Made by a program: the position numbers and the translations under genes. DNA of 20,000 nt from an uncultured Actinomycetes bacterium (GTDB lineage Bacteria > Actinomycetota > Actinomycetes > Streptosporangiales > Streptosporangiaceae), in assembly GCA_963841695.1 (NCBI GenBank), contig CAWJDQ010000002.1, forward strand, positions 33,316 through 53,315, given 5' to 3'. The notes beneath the pieces were generated by a model. It made no database searches, was not told the DNA's origin, and saw nothing but the letters and a program-made list of their open reading frames with translations. Below are positions 7,729 to 14,682 of the stretch, one piece after another; positions within the stretch are counted from its first letter, which is position 1, and each line of letters begins with the position of its first letter.

Positions 7729-10700
7729 TCATGGTGGGGCTATCGTCCGGCTCCCAGAAGCTCCCGCCGGCCGGGGAACCCGGCCGGGCCGCGGGCACGT
7801 CGCCGGCCAGCCCGGCCGGGTCAGCTCCGAAACCGGCTGCGGCCTCGTCGCCGGCCACCCGGCGGGATCAGCCCCGAATCCCGTCACGGCCGCTGGCCCG
7901 GTGTCCATAGCCAGGTCAGCCCCGGCGCCGGCGTCGAGGTCCTGGGTTTCTGGCCGGGCGGCGTGGCGGGAGGTGCCCGCGCTGCCGCGCCTGCCTGTGC
8001 CCGGTCCGCCGGGCGGTGCGCCGGGTCCAGGCCCGCCGAAGCCCGGGCCGGCCGCCACGCGATCCGCCGCGGCCCGCCGGCCGCCGGGCCGGCCGGTGCC
8101 CGTCCGGCCAGCCGCCGCGACCCGGCGGGACAGCCGGCTGCCGCGCGACGGTTCCCCGTCCTGGCCGTCGTCCTCACTCCCCGGCTCGAGGCCAGGCTCG
8201 AGGCCCGGCTCGCCCAGGCCGTCTCCGGCGGTCTCACGGCCGCGTGCCCGGCGGCCGCCCGCCGGGCGCTCCGCCGCGGCCCGCGCGCCGCTCTCCCCCG
8301 GCACCCGGGCGCCGGGCAGACCGAGGCCGATCACCACCAGCAGGGCCAGCCCCTCCAGCACCACGATCAGGGTCCGGCCCAGCTGGGGGTGAGAGATGTC
8401 GAGGGTGCCGCCGCCGGGCGGAAGCCGGAAGGCCTGGGCCCAGTCGCCGGCCGGCGAGGGGACAGACTGCAGCGCGGTGCCGTTGAGCGTGGCGGTCCAG
8501 CCACCGGACGGCTCGGCCAGCTCCAGGGTCCCGCCGCTGCGCGGCGCGGTCGCACCGGAGACCGTCACCTGCCCGGAGGGCAGCGTGACGAGCTTGCCGC
8601 CCGGCTCGACCACCCGGACCCGGGCCGCGGTCTCCCCCACCCGCCATAGCTGGAAGGCCGACGTCTTGCTCACCGGGCGCAGGCCAGCGACGTCGTTCAG
8701 CGTGCTGGCCAGCGCGCCATTCTCCGGGGCCGGCAGCAGCACGTAGCCGATGTCCAGGTTGGCCAGCGCCTGACCCTGGTCCTGTGCATCTCCGCCCCCC
8801 TGGGCGACCAGCGTGGACACCACCGTGTCCAGGGTCCGCTGGGCGGCGGGGGGCTGGGTCAGGTCGGTGGCGCCGAGCAGCGGGTCGGCGCCGCGGAGCA
8901 CCTCGTAGGTGACCGTCCCGTGCCCGGCGCGCAGGACCAGGGTGCGCGGCCGGAGCCCGTTGTCGGAGGAGACGCTGACGAAGGGAGGCAGCACGGGCCC
9001 GGCGGCCGCGCCGACCGGACCCCGGACCCCGCCGGCCACCCAGGAGCCTGCCGCCAGGAGCGGGGCGCTGCACGCCGCCGCGGCCAGCAGCAGGACACCG
9101 AGCCCGGCCGGGTGGCGCCACCGGCCCTCGCCGAGCTGGCTGGGCAGGACGTCGGCCGCCACGACCGCCGCGAGCACCAGCCCCGCGGCCGCGATCGCGA
9201 GCGAGATCCCGGGCCAGGCGGTTACCCGCCTGCTGGCGTCGTCCGAACTCAGCAGCATCCGGCTGACCACGACCGAGACCAGCAGGCCGAGCAGGGCCAC
9301 CGACCAGCCCGCCACGACCAGGAACCGCCGGGCGGTGAGCAGCAGCGCGGCCAGCGCCGCCAGGGCCAGGCCGGCGGTCACCCAGAACGGCGGCAGGCCC
9401 GGTCCGCCCGGGGAGAGCAGGAGCAGCGACCGGGCGGGCAGGCCCGCCGTGGCCAGGCCGGGCACCATGTTCCCGGCCTCCAGGAAGAGCAGGGACGGGT
9501 GGGTGGCGACCTCCAGCGTCCACGGCAGCAGGAGGACCGGCGGGACCACCACGGTGATACCCAGGTTGACCAGCATGCTCCGGCCCGACCGGCGGAAGAC
9601 CACGGCCGCGAGCAGGGCGGCGAGGACAGCGACGACCCAGATCAGCGGCACGAAGGCCGCCGCGATGGCGATGACCAGGCCGGTTGCCCAGGCCGCCCGG
9701 CGAGCCCGGCGCGGGCCCTCGGTGAAGATCCGGGCGGCCAGCACCGCGACCAGCGGGATGAGCGCGAAGACCACGGCCGAGCCGAAGCGGCCGGCCGCCA
9801 CCGCGCCCATGCCTACCGGCAGCAGCGCGTACGCCGCGGCCGCCCAGACGCGGGCCAGCACCGATCCGGTGACCCGGCGGGCCGCGAGGTAGGCTGACAG
9901 CCCGGCGACCGGGATGGCGCCGATCATGATGACGTCGATAGCCAGCCAGGGCTTACCGCCGAGCACCGTGGCCAGCGCGGCGATGATCGCGACATAGGGC
10001 GGGGCGGAGCTGGCCGAGCCGATGCCGGTCGGGTGGAAGCCCTGCAGGTACTCGTGCCACAGTGCGGACGCGCCGCCCCAGGCGGGGGTCAGCGCCCCGC
10101 CGGTCAGCGTGCCCGCCCCCAGCAGCGAGCGTTCGGCGATCAGCGCGATCAGCGTGAGCCCCGCCACCAGCAGGACCCCCGGATGGGTCAGGATCCGCTG
10201 CGCGAGCCCGTTGTCCACGAGCATGTAGTCGTCGTCGGACGGGTCGTCCGTGGCGTGGTGGCTGCCCGCCGTGTCGATCTGGGTCGAGCTGTAGAACACG
10301 CTCGCCGCGAACTCGGCGAGGCGCCGGATGGAGTGGCCGGGGGGAAGGTCGCCGCGCAGCCGGCTGTAGGCGGCCCGCCTGCCGCGGGCCCGCCGGCGGC
10401 GGGCCGCGGCCAGCTGGAGCGGGTGCCCGAGCACGGACGTCACCCCGGTGAACTCGTCCAGCGCGGCCCGCGGGCGCTTCGCGAGCAGGAAGAACACGGT
10501 GCGCAGGGTGGACAGCACCAGGTTGCCGACCAGGGCGGACAGTGCGGGTCCCAGCGGCAGGTTGGCCAGCAGGGTGAGCAGGGCATTATGCCGGTCCATC
10601 CGGCGCGGCCGCGGGGCAGCGGACGGCGTGCGCCGGTTCCGGGCCGTGGCCTCGAGGTGGTAGACCACGGCGTCGGTGACCACCCGCACCCGGTGCCCGG

Positions 10701-11370
10701 CCGCGTGCACCCGCCAGCAGAAGTCAACGTCGTCGCGCAGCAGCGGCATGGCCGGGTCGAAGCCGCCGACCTGATCCCACACGTCCCGGCGGACCAGCAT
10801 CCCGGCGCTGCTCACCGCCATCACGTCGCGGTCCCCGTCGTGCTGGCCCTGGTCCACTTCGCGGGGCTCCACGCCGGTGATCCGCCGCCCGGCCCCGTCG
10901 ATCGTGATCCCGGCCTCGAGCAGTACCCGGCGGTCAGCCCAGTCCATCACCTTGGGCCCGAGCACCGCCGACGAGCGCGCCTCAGCCGCGCCGCGCAGCA
11001 GCTGCTCCAGGGCGTCCGGGGCCGGCTCGCAGTCGTCGTGCAGCAGCCAGACCCACTCGGTCCGCTCGCCCGGTGCCAGCCCGGCCGGCCCGGGGACGTT
11101 GGTGTTGGCCGCCCGGTGCCGCAGCGCGTGCGCGATAGCCGCGCCGTACCCGGTCCGGCGGTCCATGCCGAACACCACCGAGCGGCCCAGCAGCTCGGCG
11201 AGGACGGACCCGCTGCGGTCCCGGCTGCCGGTATCCACGGCCACGACCCGCTGGACCGGCCGGGTCTGGCCCAGCAGCGCCTCGGCGATACGCGGCAGCC
11301 ACGCGGCGCCATCGTGAGCGACGATCACCGCGGTGACGACGTGCTGGCCCTGCGTGTTAGTTGTCGACAC
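7729..11370 (-). CDS. Large polytopic family-2 glycosyltransferase: an N-terminal cytoplasmic GT-A domain, many TM helices, and a C-terminal extracytoplasmic domain with a final TM and a disordered tail
   Basis: The product is 1213 aa as read. The N-terminus reads MSTTNTQGQHVVTAVIVAHDGAAWLPRIAEALLGQTRPVQRVVAVDTGSRDRSG...WLLHDDCEPAPDALEQLL...FDPAMPLLRDDVDFCWR, which is GT2 signature. At least 10 hydrophobic helices follow (for example PYVAIIAALATVLGG, AAWATGLVIAIAAAFVPLIWVVAVLAALLAAVVF). Next come a ~250-aa soluble segment, a final TM (TLIVVLEGLALLVVIGLGLPG) and a Gly/Pro/Arg/Glu tail. GTG start at 11368-11370. The last ~43 codons before the TGA at 7729 look off-frame (see findings), so the true 3' end is uncertain. 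Confidence 0.85.
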   Translation of the reverse strand: MSTTNTQGQHVVTAVIVAHDGAAWLPRIAEALLGQTRPVQRVVAVDTGSRDRSGSVLAELLGRSVVFGMDRRTGYGAAIAHALRHRAANTNVPGPAGLAPGERTEWVWLLHDDCEPAPDALEQLLRGAAEARSSAVLGPKVMDWADRRVLLEAGITIDGAGRRITGVEPREVDQGQHDGDRDVMAVSSAGMLVRRDVWDQVGGFDPAMPLLRDDVDFCWRVHAAGHRVRVVTDAVVYHLEATARNRRTPSAAPRPRRMDRHNALLTLLANLPLGPALSALVGNLVLSTLRTVFFLLAKRPRAALDEFTGVTSVLGHPLQLAAARRRRARGRRAAYSRLRGDLPPGHSIRRLAEFAASVFYSSTQIDTAGSHHATDDPSDDDYMLVDNGLAQRILTHPGVLLVAGLTLIALIAERSLLGAGTLTGGALTPAWGGASALWHEYLQGFHPTGIGSASSAPPYVAIIAALATVLGGKPWLAIDVIMIGAIPVAGLSAYLAARRVTGSVLARVWAAAAYALLPVGMGAVAAGRFGSAVVFALIPLVAVLAARIFTEGPRRARRAAWATGLVIAIAAAFVPLIWVVAVLAALLAAVVFRRSGRSMLVNLGITVVVPPVLLLPWTLEVATHPSLLFLEAGNMVPGLATAGLPARSLLLLSPGGPGLPPFWVTAGLALAALAALLLTARRFLVVAGWSVALLGLLVSVVVSRMLLSSDDASRRVTAWPGISLAIAAAGLVLAAVVAADVLPSQLGEGRWRHPAGLGVLLLAAAACSAPLLAAGSWVAGGVRGPVGAAAGPVLPPFVSVSSDNGLRPRTLVLRAGHGTVTYEVLRGADPLLGATDLTQPPAAQRTLDTVVSTLVAQGGGDAQDQGQALANLDIGYVLLPAPENGALASTLNDVAGLRPVSKTSAFQLWRVGETAARVRVVEPGGKLVTLPSGQVTVSGATAPRSGGTLELAEPSGGWTATLNGTALQSVPSPAGDWAQAFRLPPGGGTLDISHPQLGRTLIVVLEGLALLVVIGLGLPGARVPGESGARAAAERPAGGRRARGRETAGDGLGEPGLEPGLEPGSEDDGQDGEPSRGSRLSRRVAAAGRTGTGRPGGRRAAADRVAAGPGFGGPGPGAPPGGPGTGRRGSAGTSRHAARPETQDLDAGAGADLAMDTGPAAVTGFGADPAGWPATRPQPVSELTRPGWPATCPRPGRVPRPAGASGSRTIAPP
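8183..8218 (-). repeat. Short coding tandem repeat, 12-nt unit GGCTCGAGGCCN, about 2.5 copies
   Basis: The plus strand reads GGCTCGAGGCCA GGCTCGAGGCCC GGCTCGCCCAGG. It encodes GEPGLEPGLEPG in the GT2 tail. Confidence 0.6.
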
Positions 11371-11535
11371 GAGTCCGCTTGCTGGTCAGAATGGTCACCT
11401 GCTGGGGCACCACCAGCGGTCTGCTCGAGGTCCCAGCCGGGGCGGGTACGCGTGAACAATACGCGACCCGATACCGGCCAGGCAGGCACTCTGGACGCTT
11501 CAGTGCTGACCCGTGACACCGCGCCGCCATGCCCC

Positions 11536-11574
11536 CCTGGCTTGCCGCACAGCTACGCTGCACGGCAAGCCAGG
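11536..11574 (-). other. Strong extended hairpin in the whiB-GT2 intergenic region: candidate terminator, RNA processing element or 5'-UTR element
   Basis: CCTGGCTTGCCG (11536-11547) pairs perfectly with CGGCAAGCCAGG (11563-11574), giving 12 bp. An inner 4-bp stem CAGC/GCTG (11550-11553 / 11557-11560) lies across a 2x2 internal loop and closes a 3-nt apical loop. No U-tract follows on either strand. Confidence 0.4.
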
Positions 11575-11712
11575 CAGTTAACCGGCGGTGACCAACTGGA
11601 CGCCCGGACGCCAGCGAACGGGCCATGCGGAACAGAGCAGACGGGCCAGACCCGGACGGGCCGACGCGCCCCTCAGGCCGACGGCCAGCCGAGGACACCC
11701 CGGCCAGGCCTG

Positions 11713-11735
11713 CCCGGCCAGGACGGCCGGCCGGG
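11713..11735 (-). terminator. GC-rich hairpin 5 nt downstream of the whiB stop; candidate weak terminator without a U-tract
   Basis: CCCGGCC (11713-11719) pairs with GGCCGGG (11729-11735), giving a 7-bp stem and a 9-nt loop. It lies immediately 3' of the whiB TGA (11741-11743) on the minus strand. Confidence 0.3.
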
Positions 11736-11740
11736 ACGGG

Positions 11741-12022
11741 TCAGACCGCCTCGCGCTTCATCCGGCGCCGCTCACGCTCGGACAGCCCGCCCCAGATGCC
11801 AAAGCGCTCATCGTGCTCCAGCGCGTACTCCAGGCATTCCACGCGGACCTCACAGCCCCGGCAGACCTTCTTGGCCTCCCGGGTGGATCCACCCTTTTCG
11901 GGGAAGAAAGCCTCCGGATCCGTTTGTGCGCAGAGCGCGCGATCTTGCCAGCCGACCTCGGCGGCGTCGTCCACGCCGATTCCGAACCCGACCGGCGCCA
12001 GCGGGACGATGACGTCAGCCAC
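11741..12022 (-). CDS. whiB: WhiB-family [4Fe-4S] transcription factor, ortholog of Streptomyces WhiB / mycobacterial WhiB2 (WhmD)
   Basis: The 93-aa product reads VADVIVPLAPVGFGIGVDDAAEVGWQDRALCAQTDPEAFFPEKGGSTREAKKVCRGCEVRVECLEYALEHDERFGIWGGLSERERRRMKREAV. It has the four Cys (C-x22-C-x2-C-x5-C), the GIWGG turn and a basic tail. It is near-identical to the core of WhiB/WhiB2 as I recall it. GTG at 12020-12022 lies 6 nt downstream of AGGAGG (12029-12034). The 125-aa track ORF has an implausible basic extension. Confidence 0.94.
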   Translation of the reverse strand: MADVIVPLAPVGFGIGVDDAAEVGWQDRALCAQTDPEAFFPEKGGSTREAKKVCRGCEVRVECLEYALEHDERFGIWGGLSERERRRMKREAV

Positions 12023-12088
12023 CGTGCACCTCCTACCCCTTCGATGCCCGTGTCCTCTCCCCCGGAACACGGAAACTACACGCTTGAA

Positions 12089-12118
12089 ATTACACCCGCG
12101 TGTCTTGCGTTGAGTCAA
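12089..12118 (-). promoter_or_regulatory. Candidate housekeeping-sigma promoter for whiB (TTGACT-18 nt-TGTAAT)
   Basis: The minus strand reads cgcTTGACTcaacgcaagacacgcgggTGTAATttcaag. The -35 is at 12113-12118 and the -10 at 12089-12094, in the least GC-rich part of the whiB/fbiA divergent region. The implied 5' UTR is about 60 nt and contains an imperfect hairpin (12048-12072). This is sequence-pattern evidence only. Confidence 0.35.
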
Positions 12119-12281
12119 GCGGGATACGTGGTAGAGGCAGTGTTCTTGACCCTGATGACGGGAAAGTCCGGTCAGAATGCTGGGGCCCCAGCATCGTCAC
12201 GGGGCCGCCGGGCCGCCCGGAAACGGACTTCCCGGGGGGTTCGCGGGAAGTACCTGGGGCCGGGTTGCAAGACTGGCCGGC

Positions 12282-13274
12282 ATGCGCATCACCGTGCTGG
12301 CAGGCGGAGTCGGGGCCGCGCGCTTCCTGCGCGGGCTGCAGGCGGAGGTCCCGGACGCCGACATCACCGTCATCGGCAATACCGGAGACGACATCAGCCT
12401 GTTCGGCCTGCACGTCTCGCCCGACCTGGACACCGTGATGTACACCCTGGGCGGCGGGATCAGCGAGGAGCAGGGCTGGGGCCGGGAGTCTGACACGTTC
12501 ACCGTCCTGGCCGAGCTGAACGCCTACAGCGCCGGCTCCAGCTGGTCCGGGCCGGACTGGTTCAACCTGGGCGACAAGGATTTCGCCACGCACATCGTCC
12601 GGACCAGCATGCTGGCCGCCGGCCAGCCGCTGTCGGCGGCCACCGCCGCGCTGTGCGAGCGCTGGCAGCCGGGAGTGACCTTGATCCCGATGACGGATGA
12701 CTGGACCGAGACCCATGTGGTCCTGGCCGATCACGGCCAGCCGGACGGGCCGGGACCGGGCGGGCCCGGCCGCAGCGTGCACTTCCAGGAGTGGTGGGTG
12801 CGGCTGCACGCCGCAGTGCCCGCGGCCAGCATCATCGTCGAGGGAGCGGCCGAGGCCAGGCCCGCCCCGGGCGTGCTCGAGGCCATCGCCGCGGCGGATG
12901 TCATCCTGTTCCCGCCGTCCAACCCGGTGGTGAGCATCGGCGCCATCCTGGCCGTGCCCGCGATCGCGGACGCGGTCCGGGCCAAGACCGTCGTCGGGGT
13001 GTCCCCGATCATCGGCGGCGCCCCGGTGCGCGGCATGGCCGACGCGTGCCTGGCTGCCATCGGGGTGCCCGCCACGGCGCAGGCCGTGGCGGCGCACTAC
13101 GGGCCCGGGCTGCTGAACGGGTGGCTGGTCAACGAGCAGGACAAGGCCGCGGTGGACGCGCCGGAACTGGCCGGGATCACGGTCCGCGCGCTGCCCCTCT
13201 ACATGACCAGCCTGGCGGCCACCGCCGCCATCGCCCGGGCCGCCCTCGACCTGGCCCAGGACCTGCGCGGATGA
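12282..13274 (+). CDS. fbiA: 2-phospho-L-lactate (or EPPG):FO transferase of F420 biosynthesis (CofD/FbiA)
   Basis: The 330-aa product starts [19 protein letters not shown], followed by [32 protein letters not shown]...[16 protein letters not shown]...[16 protein letters not shown], all classic CofD motifs. ATG at 12282. The track ORF start at 12177 adds a non-homologous extension. The position next to whiB matches Rv3260c/Rv3261. Confidence 0.94.
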   Translation: MRITVLAGGVGAARFLRGLQAEVPDADITVIGNTGDDISLFGLHVSPDLDTVMYTLGGGISEEQGWGRESDTFTVLAELNAYSAGSSWSGPDWFNLGDKDFATHIVRTSMLAAGQPLSAATAALCERWQPGVTLIPMTDDWTETHVVLADHGQPDGPGPGGPGRSVHFQEWWVRLHAAVPAASIIVEGAAEARPAPGVLEAIAAADVILFPPSNPVVSIGAILAVPAIADAVRAKTVVGVSPIIGGAPVRGMADACLAAIGVPATAQAVAAHYGPGLLNGWLVNEQDKAAVDAPELAGITVRALPLYMTSLAATAAIARAALDLAQDLRG

Positions 13275-14584
13275 CCGGCCCCAGGCTGGACGGGCCCAGC
13301 ACCAGGCGCGGCCTGTCGGTCACCGGCGTGCCCGGCCTCCCCGAGATCGGCGCGGGCGACGACCTGGCCGGCCTGATCGCGGACGCGGCGCCCGACCTGG
13401 CTGACGGCGACGTCGTGGTGATCACCTCCAAGATCGTGAGCAAGGCGGAGGGCCGCGTCATCCGGGCGGACCGGGACAAGGCCATCGACGCGGAGACGGT
13501 CCGGGTGGTGGCGCGGCGCGGCGCGTCCCGCATCGTGGAGACCCAGCACGGCCTGGTGCTCGCCGCGGCCGGGGTGGACGACTCCAACACCGCCCCGGGG
13601 ACCGTGGCGCTGCTCCCCGCCGACCCGGACGACTCGGCCCGCCGGATCCGCCGCGGGCTGCGCGAGCGGCGGCACGTCAGCGTGGCCGTGGTGATCACCG
13701 ACACGATGGGGCGGCCCTGGCGGATGGGCCAGGCGGACGCGGCCATCGGCGTGGCCGGGCTGGCGCCGCTCCGGGACTACCGCGGCCAGGCGGACACCTT
13801 CGGCCGGACGCTGGAGGTCACGGTCACGGCCGTCGCGGACGAGCTGGCGTCGGCCGCGGACCTGGTCAAGGGCAAGCTGGCGGGCATCCCGGTGGCCCTG
13901 GTCCGGGGCCTCGGGGACCTGGTCACCGAGGCCGACGGGCCGGGGGCCCAGGCGCTGATCCGGCCCGCGGCGGAGGACATGTTCCGGTACGGCGCGGCCG
14001 AGGTACTGACCGCGCGGCGCACGGTGCGCGAGTTCACTGATGGCCCGGTGGACCCCGAGGCGGTGCGCCGCGCGATCGCGGCCGCGCTCACGGCGCCCGC
14101 GCCGCACCACTCCACGCCGGTCCGGTTCGCGGTGGCGTCCTCGGCCCGGGCCCGGACCGTGCTGCTCGACGACATGCTGGCCGCCTGGATCTCGGACCTG
14201 CGCCGGGACGGGTTCACCGAGGAGCAGATCACGCGGCGGGTGCGGCGTGGCGAGCCCCTGCGCCGCGCCCCGCTGATCATCGTGCCGTGCCTGGTCGCCG
14301 ACGCGGCCCACGTCTACCCGGACGCGCGGCGCGGCGCGGCCGAGCGGGAGATGTTCGTCGTGGCGGTCGGGGCGGCCGTGCAGAACCTGCTGGTCGCCCT
14401 GGCCGTGGAAGGCCTGGGCTCGTGCTGGGTGTCCAGCACCATGTTCTGCCGGCCGGTCGCGGCGGCGGCCCTCCACCTGCCCGACGGATGGGAGCCGATG
14501 GGCGCGGTCGGCGTCGGGCACCCGGCCGCCCCGCCCGCCGACCGGCCGCCGCGTGACCCCGGCGACTTCATGCTCATCCGCTGA
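13271..14584 (+). CDS. fbiB: Bifunctional F420 biosynthesis protein FbiB: an N-terminal CofE gamma-glutamyl ligase domain and a C-terminal nitroreductase-like dehydro-F420-0 reductase domain
   Basis: The 437-aa product reads MTGPRLDG...[23 protein letters not shown]...[15 protein letters not shown]...VDDSN...[24 protein letters not shown] (CofE). This is followed by [35 protein letters not shown]...GLGSCWVSS (nitroreductase fold). ATG at 13271-13273 overlaps the fbiA TGA at 13272-13274 (ATGA). Confidence 0.94.
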   Translation: MTGPRLDGPSTRRGLSVTGVPGLPEIGAGDDLAGLIADAAPDLADGDVVVITSKIVSKAEGRVIRADRDKAIDAETVRVVARRGASRIVETQHGLVLAAAGVDDSNTAPGTVALLPADPDDSARRIRRGLRERRHVSVAVVITDTMGRPWRMGQADAAIGVAGLAPLRDYRGQADTFGRTLEVTVTAVADELASAADLVKGKLAGIPVALVRGLGDLVTEADGPGAQALIRPAAEDMFRYGAAEVLTARRTVREFTDGPVDPEAVRRAIAAALTAPAPHHSTPVRFAVASSARARTVLLDDMLAAWISDLRRDGFTEEQITRRVRRGEPLRRAPLIIVPCLVADAAHVYPDARRGAAEREMFVVAVGAAVQNLLVALAVEGLGSCWVSSTMFCRPVAAAALHLPDGWEPMGAVGVGHPAAPPADRPPRDPGDFMLIR

Positions 14585-14627
14585 CCCGCCCGTCCCCCGG
14601 CCAGCCCGCGCCGGCCCCGGCTGCCCC

Positions 14628-14661
14628 GTGATCATGACGCCGGGGCCGCCATCGTGATCAC
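14628..14661. terminator. Imperfect inverted repeat between the convergent fbiB and dprE1-like genes; candidate bidirectional terminator
   Basis: GTGATCATGACG (14628-14639) pairs with CATCGTGATCAC (14650-14661) at 10 of 12 positions, with a 10-nt GC loop. It lies in the 98-nt convergent gap. There is no U-tract. Confidence 0.3.
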
Positions 14662-14682
14662 GAACGCGGCAGGCCGGCCGGG

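Larger units (their letters stand above)
6358..7858 (-). pseudogene. Frame-interrupted Tyr/Pro/Gly/Asp-rich low-complexity coding tract. It is either a long C-terminal tail of the GT2 protein broken by three 1-nt deletions, or two to three separate small ORFs.
   Basis: Convincing coding signal (very high GC3, Asp/Glu/Tyr content, about 20 [DEGA]YP motifs) passes through three frames. Frame A covers 7858 to about 7337: AGDEAAAGFGADPAGLAGDVPAARPG...EQVAAAEYPPGPYAGSGHQG...SGPYP. Frame B covers about 7336 to 7258: PSACGSGGYPSGDYPEGYPGASSGA. Frame C, the same frame as the GT2, covers about 7257 to 6358: SGADYPGADFTGADSTWAGYPRAGYDSDGYDG...TEYPGPDYPAPEDY...GEGDW*. The upstream part of each track ORF (for example 7261..7725 in frame C) is Arg/Pro-rich off-frame-looking sequence. 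Confidence 0.6.

Noticed and set aside
11357-11698. 113-aa minus-strand ORF, and a 64-aa ORF at 11325..11519, inside the whiB-GT2 intergenic region
   Set aside because: They have no RBS, poor codon-position GC pattern and Arg/Ser/Ala-rich composition. The longer one overlaps the GT2 start. They are more likely non-coding.
10033-12012. 659-aa plus-strand ORF spanning the GT2 5' end, the intergenic region and whiB
   Set aside because: It is antisense to GT2 and whiB. The translation is extremely Arg/Pro/Gly-rich and crosses an intergenic region with no coding signal.
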